DNA of 63,997 bases, filler included, from Circinaria calcarea (taxonomy: Eukaryota): assembly GCA_051942165.1 (NCBI GenBank). It is 25 parts of 25 records of this genome, joined end to end, with 100 filler letters (N's around TTAATTAATTAA, not from the genome) between each part and the next. Parts side by side here need not be neighbours in the genome. Positions count along the whole stretch, not along the records: positions 12,900 to 15,372 come from JAVECS010003502.1; positions 15,473 to 17,944 come from JAVECS010003503.1; positions 18,045 to 20,516 come from JAVECS010003504.1; positions 20,617 to 23,088 come from JAVECS010003505.1; positions 23,189 to 25,657 come from JAVECS010003506.1; positions 25,758 to 28,223 come from JAVECS010003507.1; 19 more parts are not named here. One strand, 5' to 3'. Every line of letters starts with the position of its first letter. Position 1 is the stretch's first letter. The notes beneath the pieces are model-generated. The model was not told the origin of the DNA. It ran no database searches and saw nothing but the letters and a program-made list of their open reading frames with translations. A program made the translations under genes and the position numbers. This document shows, in pieces, positions 13,574-26,300 of this stretch.

Positions 13574-14449
13574 ATGTTGGGCCACCTGCCTCGCACCGAT
13601 CTTCCCCTCCAATCTAGCGTTCTCACCCCTTCTCTCCGTCGGCCAGGCGCCGCAATGTCCGATCGAGCAGCGATGGCTGGGGGCGTGGTATCACTCGAAG
13701 TCTTCCTCGCCGGCCTGGAGCCCTTCCGGGTCGCTTATCCAGGAAAAGCAGCTCTATTTCCTGATGACACTCATATGGCTACCGATGCTCCAATTCACCG
13801 GTTCACCGATTTTTCGCATCCCAAGCTGAAGCAGATCCTTGAGAGCCACAAAATTGCCTACAGTTCGATGGGTCTAGTACGACGTAGGGAGCAGCAGGGA
13901 AGCCGGCCGGTTTTTCGCGTGCTTACTACGGATTTGGAGCCGGAGAACTGGGAGAACGCGGCGAAAGAGATCCATGAGTTTTTCAGCCTTCAAAGCTTTG
14001 CGAATATCAAGGTAGAATTGGAGAATCCAGGCGAAGTCACCAAAGGTGTCATATTTCCGATTCCGAGCAGTCACCCAAAAGTGACGGCATATCTTAATCT
14101 TGAGACCGAGTTCATGAATTCGGTCCGTTATCGACTAGGATCTCTTTGGCGTTCCGTCGGCTTGTACCTCCTTGGAACAGCACCGCGTGAGGGCTTCTGC
14201 AAGCCGGTGATTGTCATTACTGTGACACCAGGTTCATCACATGATTGGGCAGTATCCTTGACGATCCTTGAGCGCATAGCTCACAAAATTCAAGTTGGGG
14301 TTGAATTGAACCCCGGAACAGTTTCTAATGCGGCCGGTGAAGTTCAACGAAACCTGTTGCCAAAGCCATATAACGGCGTGAGCATCGGGCTTCAGGGGGA
14401 TTTCAATAGTTCTAGCGGCGCTCAGTCATCTCCGGTTGAGGCAGGATAA
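13574..14449 (+). CDS. Hypothetical protein, 291 aa, possibly a truncated fungal serine-peptidase-like gene
   Basis: Long ORF with a TATA-like tract upstream (~13401-13417); ends just after PKPYNGVSIG...SSG. Confidence 0.55.
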   Translation: MLGHLPRTDLPLQSSVLTPSLRRPGAAMSDRAAMAGGVVSLEVFLAGLEPFRVAYPGKAALFPDDTHMATDAPIHRFTDFSHPKLKQILESHKIAYSSMGLVRRREQQGSRPVFRVLTTDLEPENWENAAKEIHEFFSLQSFANIKVELENPGEVTKGVIFPIPSSHPKVTAYLNLETEFMNSVRYRLGSLWRSVGLYLLGTAPREGFCKPVIVITVTPGSSHDWAVSLTILERIAHKIQVGVELNPGTVSNAAGEVQRNLLPKPYNGVSIGLQGDFNSSSGAQSSPVEAG

Positions 14450-14567
14450 GGTTCTTGTCATATGAAAGTGATGGCTACCTCCTGAGATTGTTTCTTTTAT
14501 CTCACACGCCTATACACAGCTCTTCTCTTCTTCTAGATTAGTTTCCACCGGATGTGGGATTAATCTT

Positions 14568-15372
14568 TCAACTAGGAATGTAATGTCGTGAAGCTCTCCT
14601 TTTTGATGCCAAGTCTTCGTGGGAAATAGGCGGCCCATAACTCTCAGCTCCAGACGGCGACCATTTTCTCTTCCCAGCCCGAGAACTTGGGCGCTCCGAA
14701 GAAAAATCATACCTACCTAGATTGGCAAGTCCACTGTTACTCTGGTGCCTTCCATCCTTGGGCCTCTCTCTTGTCTGCTCGGCATATTGTACATTGCGAT
14801 CCCAATCTTCGAGGGCGACATATGGACTCCTTAGCCATGCCCTCAATTCATGGAGAAATAACCTTGTGTTATCCCTCCCGAGGACCTCCTGTAGCATGTC
14901 TTCTGCCTGGCCGCCACTACCCTTGATGTCTACGGTCTTTAGGATCGCAATAATGTATTCCAGAAGAAACTCTGCATTGTTTGCCCTTCGGCTTATTCCT
15001 TCCTCTTCCGTGCCGTCCAGACTCAAAAACTCAAAAACCTGCAGCTCTCGGCGAATCCACTTCCTTGCCCTCGAGATCAACTCTACATCGCGGGAGAACA
15101 CTTGCGGGGTTAGATCTCGAAAACGCGATATCCGGTTTGACCCAACATGGAGAGAATATGACTGATTACGGTATACCCATCTGCGGTTCAGTAGCGCTGC
15201 GTCTAAGCTTGGGGTAGATCTCCGTGGTTGGGCCCGTCGACGTCTCCAAGTATTGTGGAAATTCCGTCCTCCGTTGGATACACTGGATAAGCTTGTAGGC
15301 GTTGTGGTTGCAGTTCCAGTAGACTGCTGGCTTGAAATAATAGGATATGTTTTGAAGTCTGTCGGCGATCGC
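14568..15372 (-). CDS. Topors-like RING finger E3 ligase, C-terminal part (RING domain beyond contig end)
   Basis: Frame open to the contig end: RRWVYRNQSYSLHVGSNRISRF...RARKWIRRELQVF...NNAEFLLEYIIAILKTVD...LFLHELRAWLRSPY..LEDWDRNVQY. Confidence 0.8.
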
Positions 15373-15472
15373 NNNNNNNNNNNNNNNNNNNNNNNNNNNN
15401 NNNNNNNNNNNNNNNNTTAATTAATTAANNNNNNNNNNNNNNNNNNNNNNNNNNNNNNNNNNNNNNNNNNNN

Positions 15473-16707
15473 CGACCAGGTTGAGATGCTCGACGTTGAC
15501 AGTGCGGATCCTAGCCAATGCACTTCTTATGCTAAGGCGAATCCTTTCAGTGGCAATGAAAAACTCCTTATTGGGGCGCAGAAAAACCTCAAACTCGAAT
15601 GGAACAGGTGTCGCTGTTCAGCTCAGAAATTCACCCATCAGCTGAAAGAACTCCGGCGATTACAATTCCTAGAAACTTCCAAGCTATTCCACTACGTTGA
15701 TGCACGAACCGTCAATATGACGACCGGAAGCTACGGCCTTACATTGGGTGTAAATATCACTATCAAGACTCAAAACGGCCGTTCCTGGAAAAAGGTATTG
15801 CTGGAGGTATGGGAAAATCAGCCTGAATCCCGTCATCCGAAAATCTTGGAGAACTTCTGGGGGGTGTGTATATCTTTGTGCACTGGGAATGCTCAACGAG
15901 TTCGCATGATTGAGTTGTTAAAGACCGAGAGCATCCGCCAGCTGCTGAAACCTTTCTATTGGAGTGATAATAGTATCAAAGAAAAATTTTACAGCGCGGT
16001 CTCTAGCACCAATCCCTTTTCTCTACGTGCGATATGGGACAGAGAAGAGCACTGGCAAGAGGAGCTCGGTAGGGCTCTTCTTACCTGTCTGAGGGCATTG
16101 TGCCAAACAGGATATGATGACGACCGGGAAGAGTTCTATGCCCTTTGGATGTCTCCCAAGAGTAGCCGGCCCAAAAAGGTGGCGCTTAGCCCATCTGAAC
16201 AGTTGGATCCGCCTACTGCGAGACTCTGAGGACTCCTGTACCGCTGCGGTTGTGGTAAAGGAGTGCTTGGGTATATTTTCTGAGTATAACCGGGTACAGA
16301 GATGTCAACACAACAGAGGCTCGTCTGCTCCGTCTAGGCTAGAAACTGCAATTGTCATCAACCATAGAATCTCCGACCCGCTGATGATGAGGCAGTGTTC
16401 AGAAGACTTGGAGGAATGGCGTAGAGCAGATCACCTGTGGCGAGTGAGTTGGGATGTTTCGAAAATCATGCAAGGTCATAAATTCTGGATGTCGTCTCCT
16501 CAGGGACGACTGAACACAATTCAGAGGCTATCATCCTCTCACCTACTTCTGGAATGGGACACTGTGAAACGGGACAAGATTCGGCAGATTGTTGGTCTTG
16601 ATCCTGGTGAACGCCCTGGCCACTGGGAATACACTGAAGATGGAGATCACCCGCCCGTGCGACCAATTCCGGTGCACGTACAAGCTACTCCAGCAGACTA
16701 CCACTAA
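15473..16707 (+). pseudogene. Fungal hypothetical protein, 5'-truncated, frameshifted at ~16200
   Basis: ORFs 15486-16229 and 16114-16707 join as ...VALSPSEQ / SWIRLLRDSEDSCTAAVV; no intron-sized gap at the junction. Confidence 0.6.
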
Positions 16708-18602
16708 CTTGGGCTCACACAAACCAAAACCGGGCAAAATTCCAAAACATAATACGAAGAGGCAGTGCCGATTAGCGCTGCCTCCCACTCCGTAAGGCGT
16801 AAGATAGCAGGCTTGCCAAATCGGCAATGGTTCATACATTAGCAATTTGGTAATATATCGACGGCAGGGCAGGTGTTGGCGCAGCAGGCAATGGCAAAGG
16901 GCAGGAGATAGGTAGAGCATGTAAACGCAACTAATTTACTGCTTCCAAACACACATGTGGCAGCGAGACGCTTGCATATGCAAACGTACGCAGGATCAAA
17001 TGTGGTGGGCCTAAATTGCTGTAAGGGGGTGCAGCCTATATCATGCATGCATAAGCCTCCCATTTATAACTCTATACGTCGATAAACTAAATTATGTCAA
17101 AAAGGCATATCTATTTCGAGAGACATGGACGTGTAAGACTCGAAGGTCAACCACGCCCTATAGAAGGAATACCAATATCGCCTACTGCGGTGCCCCCCCG
17201 GCATATTAAATATGAGCCTCGCTTATTTCTTGACATCGCTGTTTTACAGTATGCTCTTGACTTCCGCAAGTTGCTCAACTTTAGGTGGCAAAGCCCCAGG
17301 TGATTATCAAGCCGCCTATCAAAGAGCAAGAAGACTAAACCCTTACAACATTTTCATCGCTAGCAATTGTTTTGCCTGATATGGTGGTACAGCAAAGCTA
17401 AAATCCAAGATAATTAGCAAAAAGGGGCGGCACGAACGTTGAAAATTCCGAGGTTCTGCCGACTACCGTGAAAACTTGGAAAGATATTAAGAATAATGGA
17501 TTGATAACTTAAACACTGGGAATAACCACATGCTCATAACCTCCAAACGGTATCCTACGATACGTGCATAAATTTCCTCCATTGTAATACTGCCTCATTC
17601 TTCTTGTAATTGTCTGTTTCAGCTCGAAACCTTAGAACCTTCATCACTGGGTGTGCGCTTCCCCTGTGTCACCTGTTGGGATGGACAATCTTAGGAGCTG
17701 TTTCCACAATTGCCCGCATTGTGCATTTTTAGACGTATCAAGGATTGAGAAATAAACACCGATTGATGAAGGATGTGGTGTAGCTGCTAACCTTTGTCGC
17801 TGGACCGCAAGATGAACACTAAGCCGACTTTCGTGGGTTTTAAGATACGTATTAAGTACTGTAGCCTTCGGTCATTCCTTAATATGGGGGTTGACTCTGC
17901 TTGTCTAATTAAATGCATCCTAAACTTTTTCCTCTCCCGCTATCNNNNNNNNNNNNNNNNNNNNNNNNNNNNNNNNNNNNNNNNNNNNTTAATTAATTAA
18001 NNNNNNNNNNNNNNNNNNNNNNNNNNNNNNNNNNNNNNNNNNNNGTATCTTTATTCTATCTCCCCCCAAGAAAGCGGAAATCTTTCTGTAATACCTTTGC
18101 TCAAAAGCGAAATAGTATCAGAAAATATGGCGTGTGCGAGAAACCCATTCATGCCCATATCATAAGAGCATTCTCAAACCCCCCCTAAACCTGCATTACA
18201 CTTCTGAGAACCTACTTCTGTCTTTTCCAGCCGAAATCAAAAGAGGATCTAAACAACTATGCCGCCAAGCCAGCACCAACTAATTATCCCACTACACACT
18301 ACCGTCCTAATCCTTGTCAAGCGGGAATCCCTCGGAATGGCCAAAGAGGAAGTTGGATTAAGGAGGATCAAGACGTGTGAGAAGAAGCTGGGAACATTGT
18401 GACCCCTGGAATTTCAGAAATGCGCGAGGTTCTGCCCCACATGTTACGCATGGTCGATCTAAAAGGCTATTTAGGGCAAGTGCGTCGCGTTGGGCTAAAA
18501 TCTATTCTTTCCGATATCTCAATCTTGTCTGATTCCTTGCACCAAACGCTTTCATCTTCCTGTTATGCAATTGATTATCGCGCTCGCTTCCTATTAGTGA
18601 TA

Positions 18603-20040
18603 ATGTATCTCAGTCGCAATGGCATTTCGCTCTTGATATGGATGGTAGTGTTTACTATACTTATCACATTGGTCCTCGTATTACGCTTCTGCGCTGCTAG
18701 AATTACCAAAAGGGCACTTTATGTCGATGATTATATGGTTGTTTTTGCATATGTAAGTGCAGTAGACCTCCGGCTATCCGTAGTTGCCTTGCTTACGAAG
18801 GATTTAGATCAACACGCTTGCTTTGGAAGGCGCGACGTGGTGGGCTATCGCCAACGGTTTAGGTGCACATACTTTAGAGCTCAACCAGTATGAAATTGGG
18901 GTGCAATACAAGGTCCTACCGACACAAAGACATGCAAAACATACAAGAAAATGCGGCTGACTTAAGCTTATCAGCTCATAGTAGCAAGCAGCGTTACGTG
19001 ACTATTAGCAGCAGTTTTCCTCAAGCTTTCAATTCTCTGGTTATACACACGCATCTTCTCGATAAGGAGGTTCAAATATGCTGCGTGGTTCTTGATGAGT
19101 ATTGTCGGAGCCTACGGTGTTTCATTCCTCTGCGTATTTCTCACCAACTGCCAACCGATTTCTCATTCCTGGAATCCAGTTCCCAGCGGACATTGCAAGG
19201 CTTTAGCCATTGAGGAGCTCGCCTCTGTGAGCATCAATATGTTCATTGACATTTTGATTGTGCTCCTACCTATGCGGCCGTTGTGGCGGCTTCAGATGGC
19301 AACTCAAAAGAAAATTGCCATCAGCGTGATATTCAGCCTAGGGCTCTTGTAAGTTTGCTATTATTCTTTTAATTGAATTGTTGCTAAGTCTCTGATGACT
19401 AATTTATTTTAACAGGATTGTTGGCATTATGGCATGGAGAATCCAAATCACCAATAAGTCAATTACTCAGACCGACTTCGCGTATGGACTGTGTAAGGGC
19501 TCTACCCGAGAACCCCTACGAACCCTACGGGGGAACTATACACCGAGATCACGAGGTGTTGGCTTAGCGAGAAAGGTTTTCTTCGCGAAGCGTTACACCA
19601 GAATTCTTTAGCAATAATTCATACGCTTATGCGAACCAATTGAGCTTATTATCACACAATTCACCGACTCCTATCGTAAGATCATTATACTATTCGTAAA
19701 GGATCCTTACAGACTGAGTACTATAAACCTTATAAGCCATCTGGAACTTTGGCTCGGCGTTATTATTACCTGCCTGCCCACATTTACACCACTTATTCCG
19801 AGATATATCAGACCCGTCATGACAAAGATAACGGGGTATTCGTTGAAATAATCAGGCCATATACAGCTTAGAGAAGCCCAAGATACTATTGGTGGTACTA
19901 ATAGAAAGGACCAGAGGAAGAAATATGGCAGATTGGACCCGGACTTTGGTCTTGAACTCGAAGAGGGCACGCATTTAAATAATAGCGAGGCAATTTCTAT
20001 GGCACCACGCCATACTGAGGCCAGATTAAATCCGAAATAA
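18603..20040 (+). pseudogene. Pth11-like (fungal rhodopsin-domain) integral membrane protein, disrupted
   Basis: LRF...YVDDY, KLSILWLYTRIF, CQPISHSWNP...C, IDILIVLLPM..LWRLQM...KK and ELWLGVIITCLPT motifs with 3 introns; in-frame TGA at 18999-19001, solo LTR in the last exon, TAA at 19849-19851. Confidence 0.9.
19492..19711. mobile_element. Solo LTR, family A (220 bp)
   Basis: TGTAAGG...CCTTACA inverted ends; perfect 5-bp TSD GACTG (19487-19491, 19712-19716); related copy at 32924-33154. Confidence 0.95.
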
Positions 20041-20081
20041 GGAAATTAAAAGTCGGATGCTTCTAATGCTCCTAGAATTAT

Positions 20082-20190
20082 GTAGCGAATTATTTCGTAA
20101 TATATCCCGGGATTCCTCCCCGTCATAAAAACGCATCCTTCACTTCACACCCTTAATATTAATCACCTCGTCGCCGTAGTTATTTTACTG
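20082..20190. repeat. Diverged dispersed repeat shared with ~59918-60025
   Basis: TATATCCCGGG.TTC.TCCCC...CATCC.TCA.TTCA.AC aligns by eye between the two contigs. Confidence 0.55.
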
Positions 20191-20379
20191 CTATAACAGT
20201 ATCATCGTTGGAATCATCTCGTCGTCGCAATTACATTCGTCCTAATTTGTGGTTCAGTGGTTGCTGTGACTTTGGGCCATACGGAGATTATTCTAGTAGC
20301 CGCCTGCCGCGTGGAGAATTTTTTCGCTGCCACATGACACATACAGTTCCATGTCAAAAGTTTGAATACAGCGAAAATT

Positions 20380-20516
20380 TATAATATTAAAAAATAAATA
20401 ACTCAACGACGTATTATTATAATAATTTAATATTTTAATATATAATAATTAATAATAATAAATAACTTTCCACGGGCGCAATATTTATTTTTAATTATAA
20501 ATATTAACCTATATTA
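20380..20516. other. Very AT-rich, TpA-rich tract (RIP-like)
   Basis: Abrupt drop in GC with many TA dinucleotides at the contig end. Confidence 0.6.
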
Positions 20517-21360
20517 NNNNNNNNNNNNNNNNNNNNNNNNNNNNNNNNNNNNNNNNNNNNTTAATTAATTAANNNNNNNNNNNNNNNNNNNNNNNNNNNN
20601 NNNNNNNNNNNNNNNNGGGGTGAGTGGGGTAGATTTTAGTTTTAGTTAGGGAGAAAGAATTGGTTGGATAAGGGGGGCGGATAAAGATGTATAAAATCGT
20701 AAAAAATTGTACGGAGAATGTATAGAAGGGGGGAAGCAAACATATAGGTTGTGAAGAAACAGCAAACGGTAAATGGGAAATGGGGAAATTGGGTGCGAGG
20801 GAGTAAACTGGGTGCCTGTGCTTGGATGTACTCTAAGAAAAATGAGAATCTCACTGATCAGGATTAAGGCGGTGTTTTTAAAGGAACATAATCGGCGCAA
20901 AACAAGCCCTGATATCCCCGATGAGTCCAAATCCCCCCGTCCCCAACCCAAAAGAAGAAAAAAAGGGGACAAGAACATCTCATCAGCCAATCTGAGGCGT
21001 ATGCAATGGGAATGGCAGAAGGGAAACGTCGGGTGATGCCCAGTTCCTCTGGAGTCTGGTGATTGGATTGGGAAAGGTGGAAGTTTGTTTGTCAAAGTAT
21101 ATATTGGAAACTTAAGGGGCATGCGAAACACCATATAATTTAACAGCATGGCAATTGCGGTCTATAACATCTGCTTAGATTACCAAGCAAGCTTGGCGCG
21201 TCAGGAAACTATGATTATGTTTCGTCATCCAGTGACATCAATACGTTTCATGACCGCAAAACGAATTGCAGCTACGGATACATCCAACACTTGTTCTGGT
21301 TATGAGCCAGAATAACCGTACATCCGAAGTTTCTCATTCTAGAGACGCCACAGCTGATTT

Positions 21361-23088
21361 TCACGTGTAGCCAGGATGAAGTCTCTCAGGCTGCTTTATT
21401 GTTCGTGTGCTCCTCCGCAGCGATGCGTTGGCAGACTGCTGCATTGATTTCCTATCCGTTGATGGGGTTAACGGTTTGCCCAAGTTATTTTCTCTTGTGC
21501 TCCGGTCTATGCCAGCAATTGGTATCAGCTTAGTGCCACCCCTACGCAGTCCAGTTGGCCGTTTTGCGCCGATTTTGGAAACTTTTGATGAATGGATAGG
21601 GCGGAGAGAAGTGGGCCTTGCGTCTTTGACCTTGAACGCCTGCTTACTTCTCGACCTGGGAGCGCTGGAATCGGTGGTTGTCTTTTCCGCTGCCTGTGAC
21701 GCATCGCATGAGACGCTCATCTTTCTACGAAGGCTCCGTCTCTTGCTAGGCGCCTTGAAAGACTTTCGCTGGATCAACCGGGCTGAGGATCGACCTCGCC
21801 GTCGATTGTTTCTATTTACGACCATTCGCTTTCGGGAATTTATTGGGCCTTGATGACTCAGTTGCAGGGTGATTTCGAAGCATTCTCGAGCTGGCCCTCT
21901 TCGACTGGGCCTGACCGTCCTCTTTCTCGATATCGGCGCTGCCGCTAGCGATCTTGCGACGCTGCTGCTCGATCTATTCCAGCAAAACGTTATGCCGTTT
22001 CATCTTCCTCGTTGTAAAAGACATCAAAATTAGCGCACTCAGCACTTTCCCTTTGAGCTCGATCTTTTCTGTCGACTCCCTTGCCTCCTCAAACTGAGTC
22101 TGTGCGGATCGGACATCTTCCTGGGCCACCTTGATCAAGGCGGTTCTCTCGATTATCTCTCTAATATCATCCGATTGAGCAGCTTTATATCCTTCTTGTG
22201 GAAACTTTATCTCTTTTCCCGCTTCGAAACGCATGGAACGAGCCTCCTACGCTTTCTTCTCGAGTTCTCTCCGCTTCTTCTTTCGGTCCTGGTACTCTGC
22301 AGATTCGACCTCAATCTCGACTAACCACTTCCCTTCTTCAGAAAATTCGTCCCTCTCATTGTGTCTCGATTGAAGCCATCTGTTGAAAGGCTCTAAATCG
22401 CGCTTGGCATCCTTAGCCAAGCGTTGTAAATTGTTCAGCCGCATTTGTGCTGATTCGACCTCCTTCAGGAACAACCGCACCCAGGTAGCTCTTTCAACCC
22501 TTTCCCCCAGATCATCCGATTCGGCAGTCCTCAACCTTTTTTCTGCCAACCTCAACTTCGGCTCCGCCAATTCCTCCTTTTTCTTCACCTTCCCTTCCTC
22601 TCTACTGCATTTGATAGACAAACGGTAGTCAGTGGTAAAGTCAAGCTGATGGATATCTTCGAATGCCGAAAGCCCTGCCTCCGCCAATGTCTTCCGCCTG
22701 GACACCACTCTTTAAAAATAAAAATAAAAATAAATCGAAAAAGAAAAAGAAAATCTTATAATTATTTCCCAGCAATTTTAATAATCATAATTCTGAACGA
22801 AATCGCTATCCCGTTCTAGAATTAGGTTTATTTTAGATAACCCCCGTTTAGCTATTAATTATATTAGTCGATTAATTCCCATTCTGGAAAAAGTACTTCT
22901 GGCCCTCGTCTCAGATAAAGCGCTTATGGACGAGAAATCACTCCAACCTCTACAACCGTGTCGATCTCCTTCAGTAAATTTCCAACTTCTATCGTACCAA
23001 CGGAGAGCCCTTCACTACTGATCAATGTTTCGTCCGATAGCGATTGCCATATAAGGCGGACTTAATGACTTTTCCGAGGCTTCAATAC
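21361..23088 (-). pseudogene. Degenerate coiled-coil hypothetical protein gene
   Basis: ORFs 22247-22708 and 21974-22234 are in one frame, separated by TAG (KKA*EAR; LLE*IEQQ); further stops and a frameshift downstream; AT-rich decay upstream. Confidence 0.7.
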
Positions 23089-23188
23089 NNNNNNNNNNNN
23101 NNNNNNNNNNNNNNNNNNNNNNNNNNNNNNNNTTAATTAATTAANNNNNNNNNNNNNNNNNNNNNNNNNNNNNNNNNNNNNNNNNNNN

Positions 23189-23347
23189 ATAAGGGGTGGC
23201 GAGGAGGAGCTGAGCGCAGAGGCAGTGGTAGGTGGTTATGCCTGCGGGTTCGGAAGATTGGGAGGGGGGAGGCATATGTGGGGTCGTGCCGGATGTAGTT
23301 TGGAGGTGAGGGAGAAGTCGGTCTGGGGAGGTAAAATTTAGATCCAT
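23189..23347 (-). CDS. N-terminal fragment, STEEP1/CXorf56-like
   Basis: ITTYHCLCAQLLLAT resembles the YxCxC N-terminal motif of this family; short and truncated. Confidence 0.45.
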
Positions 23348-26300
23348 GGCCACTAGGATTAGACAATAGGCGATCGGCTACGGTAGGAAGGCTTGTGTGC
23401 GCTTATGCCCCGCAGATTGTGGGGTAGCTAAATCCACTAGCCTGATAGGTCGCATGAAAAATGTTATGTTGAATATATAGTGCGAATCGGTATTCATTAT
23501 TGCTACTAATAAAGAAAGTAGAATACATTGCGGGGAATACGTGGAATTTATGCCTGTATTGCAAAATTTTCTCCCTGCCCCTGAACCATACCTAATACGG
23601 TATTTGCCACGGTCACATGTGTATTTCGCTCAAGTAATCTTCTCGTGATCACTATTCGTAATCGCCCAATTGCAACATGTTAGAAGCTGTTCAAAGAGGC
23701 GGTGGGGTATTGGACAAGGCCTTTTCCGAAATTTCCACCGCGTGACAATAAAATACATGCTCACATCGTGTTTGGTGCAGTTACTGTTCTGGATAGCGGA
23801 CCACGGAGAGGTTCCGTGAAATGGGACATTCCAACAGACTGTAGAGACTTGGAAGACCGTGAACTCCATTCTTCCTAGGCTCTTTATCATGGACAGATTT
23901 TACAGATGTCATGGTTCAAAAGGGCCTCGTCTGCTTGAAGGCACACCTACGCTCTTCGTGCTGGTAGATGCTTAAACGTGGGACAAAGCCCGGCCTAATC
24001 AGTCTAAAGGATGATCTTTGGTCGGACATCATGAGAAGTTCGGCTGGAAGGGCTGAAACCTCATATTGTCTGTCCGTGTACGCAACAGCATACACCAACA
24101 CCGGATTGTAGATCCCACTCATCGGTGGAAAAGGTTGCCATCTGAGTGGCAGCTTCTGGGCCAATCAAGGGGGGGTACGGAAATGCTGTCACAGTCAGAT
24201 GGCGCTTTAGATACCCCGGATCACTCACTACCGGGCATGTCAACTGCTATAAAACACGTGTTCGACGGTGCTCCTATCCTTTGTAAACATTACTCGCCCA
24301 GGCATTGTAGATGATTTCTCGGCTTACAGTGGCACGATGGCTTTCTACAATACCTGTGCCATGACAAATCAAGTTTTCGTGGTCGAAAGCAATAACATTA
24401 CGTCGTGGTGGCACCGACCTGCTCCCTTGGAGAAACACCCCTTTCCTTTTGCTACTGTGCCGAGAAGGACGTTTCTTTCGAGGACGAGAGTGGTCATGAC
24501 GATCGAACAAGGAAAGAGAAAGACCAGGCCCGACGTATGGGATGAGGTAAGGTAACGGCCCTTACCTCCGTACCGACCAGGTGGAGTAACGATTGGACCG
24601 GGATCGAATGTCCGCGAAACCTTTCCCACCATCGTTATTTTCTGTTTGGCATGCCACTTTCCGATTGCCGGAGAGGAAACCTTCGGATTGCGAGGAAAAA
24701 AGTATATGATCCCTCGACGGGTAATGCCGTCGAGGGGAAAAGGTGGAAATGCCATCTCGCACTGCATGGCATTTGCCCTTTCCCATCTGGTCGCGAGGCC
24801 GGGCGAATCTCGAGAGTGTCCAGCCCGCACGTGACCGCAGCTCAATCGTCGGCACTCTGTCATCCTTTTGCCTCCAACTCCGGAACGTCCTTCCACCTGC
24901 GCTTCTCGGTTTCCCATCCGACTGCCTCTGTCTCGGGGTGACACGATTATTGTTCTGGTCATATCGGGACCAGATCCGTGAGCCGTGAATTGTGATGCAA
25001 TCGCCACCGGCCTTCCCCTCTCCCCAATCTTTTGGCTCTACCGAGCCCCGTCTCTTGCTATAGAATACGTACCAGTATATTGCTGTTTGTTATGTTACGC
25101 ACTTGCTAGCTCTCAATTGCCTCCGGGCCAATGACCGTGAGATCAGCAAGGGGATATTCAGCATGCTTAAGTGCCTCTAGGGAATAGCACCATCGCTTTC
25201 TTTACCGCAAAGGGAAAGCCGGGTTTCATTACAGCTGTACTAAGGTCCCGGTGACGAAACGAGAACGCCTCTACAGCCCCCATCGCTCTGCAAGCCCACT
25301 GGCTACCTTTCTGCCTACCGGACACCTTTGCTCGCGTTTCCGGCGGGGGTGATGGCGTGAAGGAAGCTCCTTGTTGAGTTATTGAAGCTATTCGATTCAG
25401 AGGCCGCCGACGGGACGGTAATCTAAAAATATCCCGGGCCCTTCTAGACCTGGTGCTGTGCGAGAGACTTTTTCGACAACTCCACTTCAACTGCATGATC
25501 CCAAGAGTCTGCACTCGTACTACATAACCCCGGAGTATGCCCTTTTTTCATGGGAGATCCAATGTCAGAATTTCGATCTATTGCACCATACTCACAGACC
25601 GACCAGTCTTCGGGATCATCACCGAGCAAACAGCCCAGCAGCCACAGTTCTGGCGCGNNNNNNNNNNNNNNNNNNNNNNNNNNNNNNNNNNNNNNNNNNN
25701 NTTAATTAATTAANNNNNNNNNNNNNNNNNNNNNNNNNNNNNNNNNNNNNNNNNNNNGTTGTTGGGTGGGGCATCTGTGGCTGCGTTCTCGGGAGGCAGC
25801 AGTGGGGGAATTGCGGCCTCTGCGGGGGGGGTTCTGGGAGTGATCGGCGAGGGAGTTGGCAAGGTTGGTAGGAAGATCTGGGAGTTTTTCGGGGGGAAGT
25901 GAAGAGGTGGTGCATGAAGTGCAAGCTTTATTGTTTGGAGTAGGCGTTGTATGCAACAGGTGCACCGAGAGAAGAAATGCACGAAACATACTTGCACACT
26001 AGAATGCAAAGATTTCACCTCGGTATTTTGGAGATTTGAAGGCCTTCGCGGCAGATAACATATACGCTTCGGACAATCAGCATCTATTCTGCTGATCTAA
26101 GCTCTGTCCGCACAATGTCGAAAATTACAAGTAACTTGTATTTTACCTGTAACCAGCCAATAAAGATCTCAAGAGATTCTCTACATACCATTATAAGCTT
26201 ATCAGCTGGGGTACTTAGAAAGAACTACCAGCCGTATCAATGTGTCCGAATGTGGGCAGGTTGGGCGTCCACTCAAGGGAAATGGAAACAGCACAGGTAC

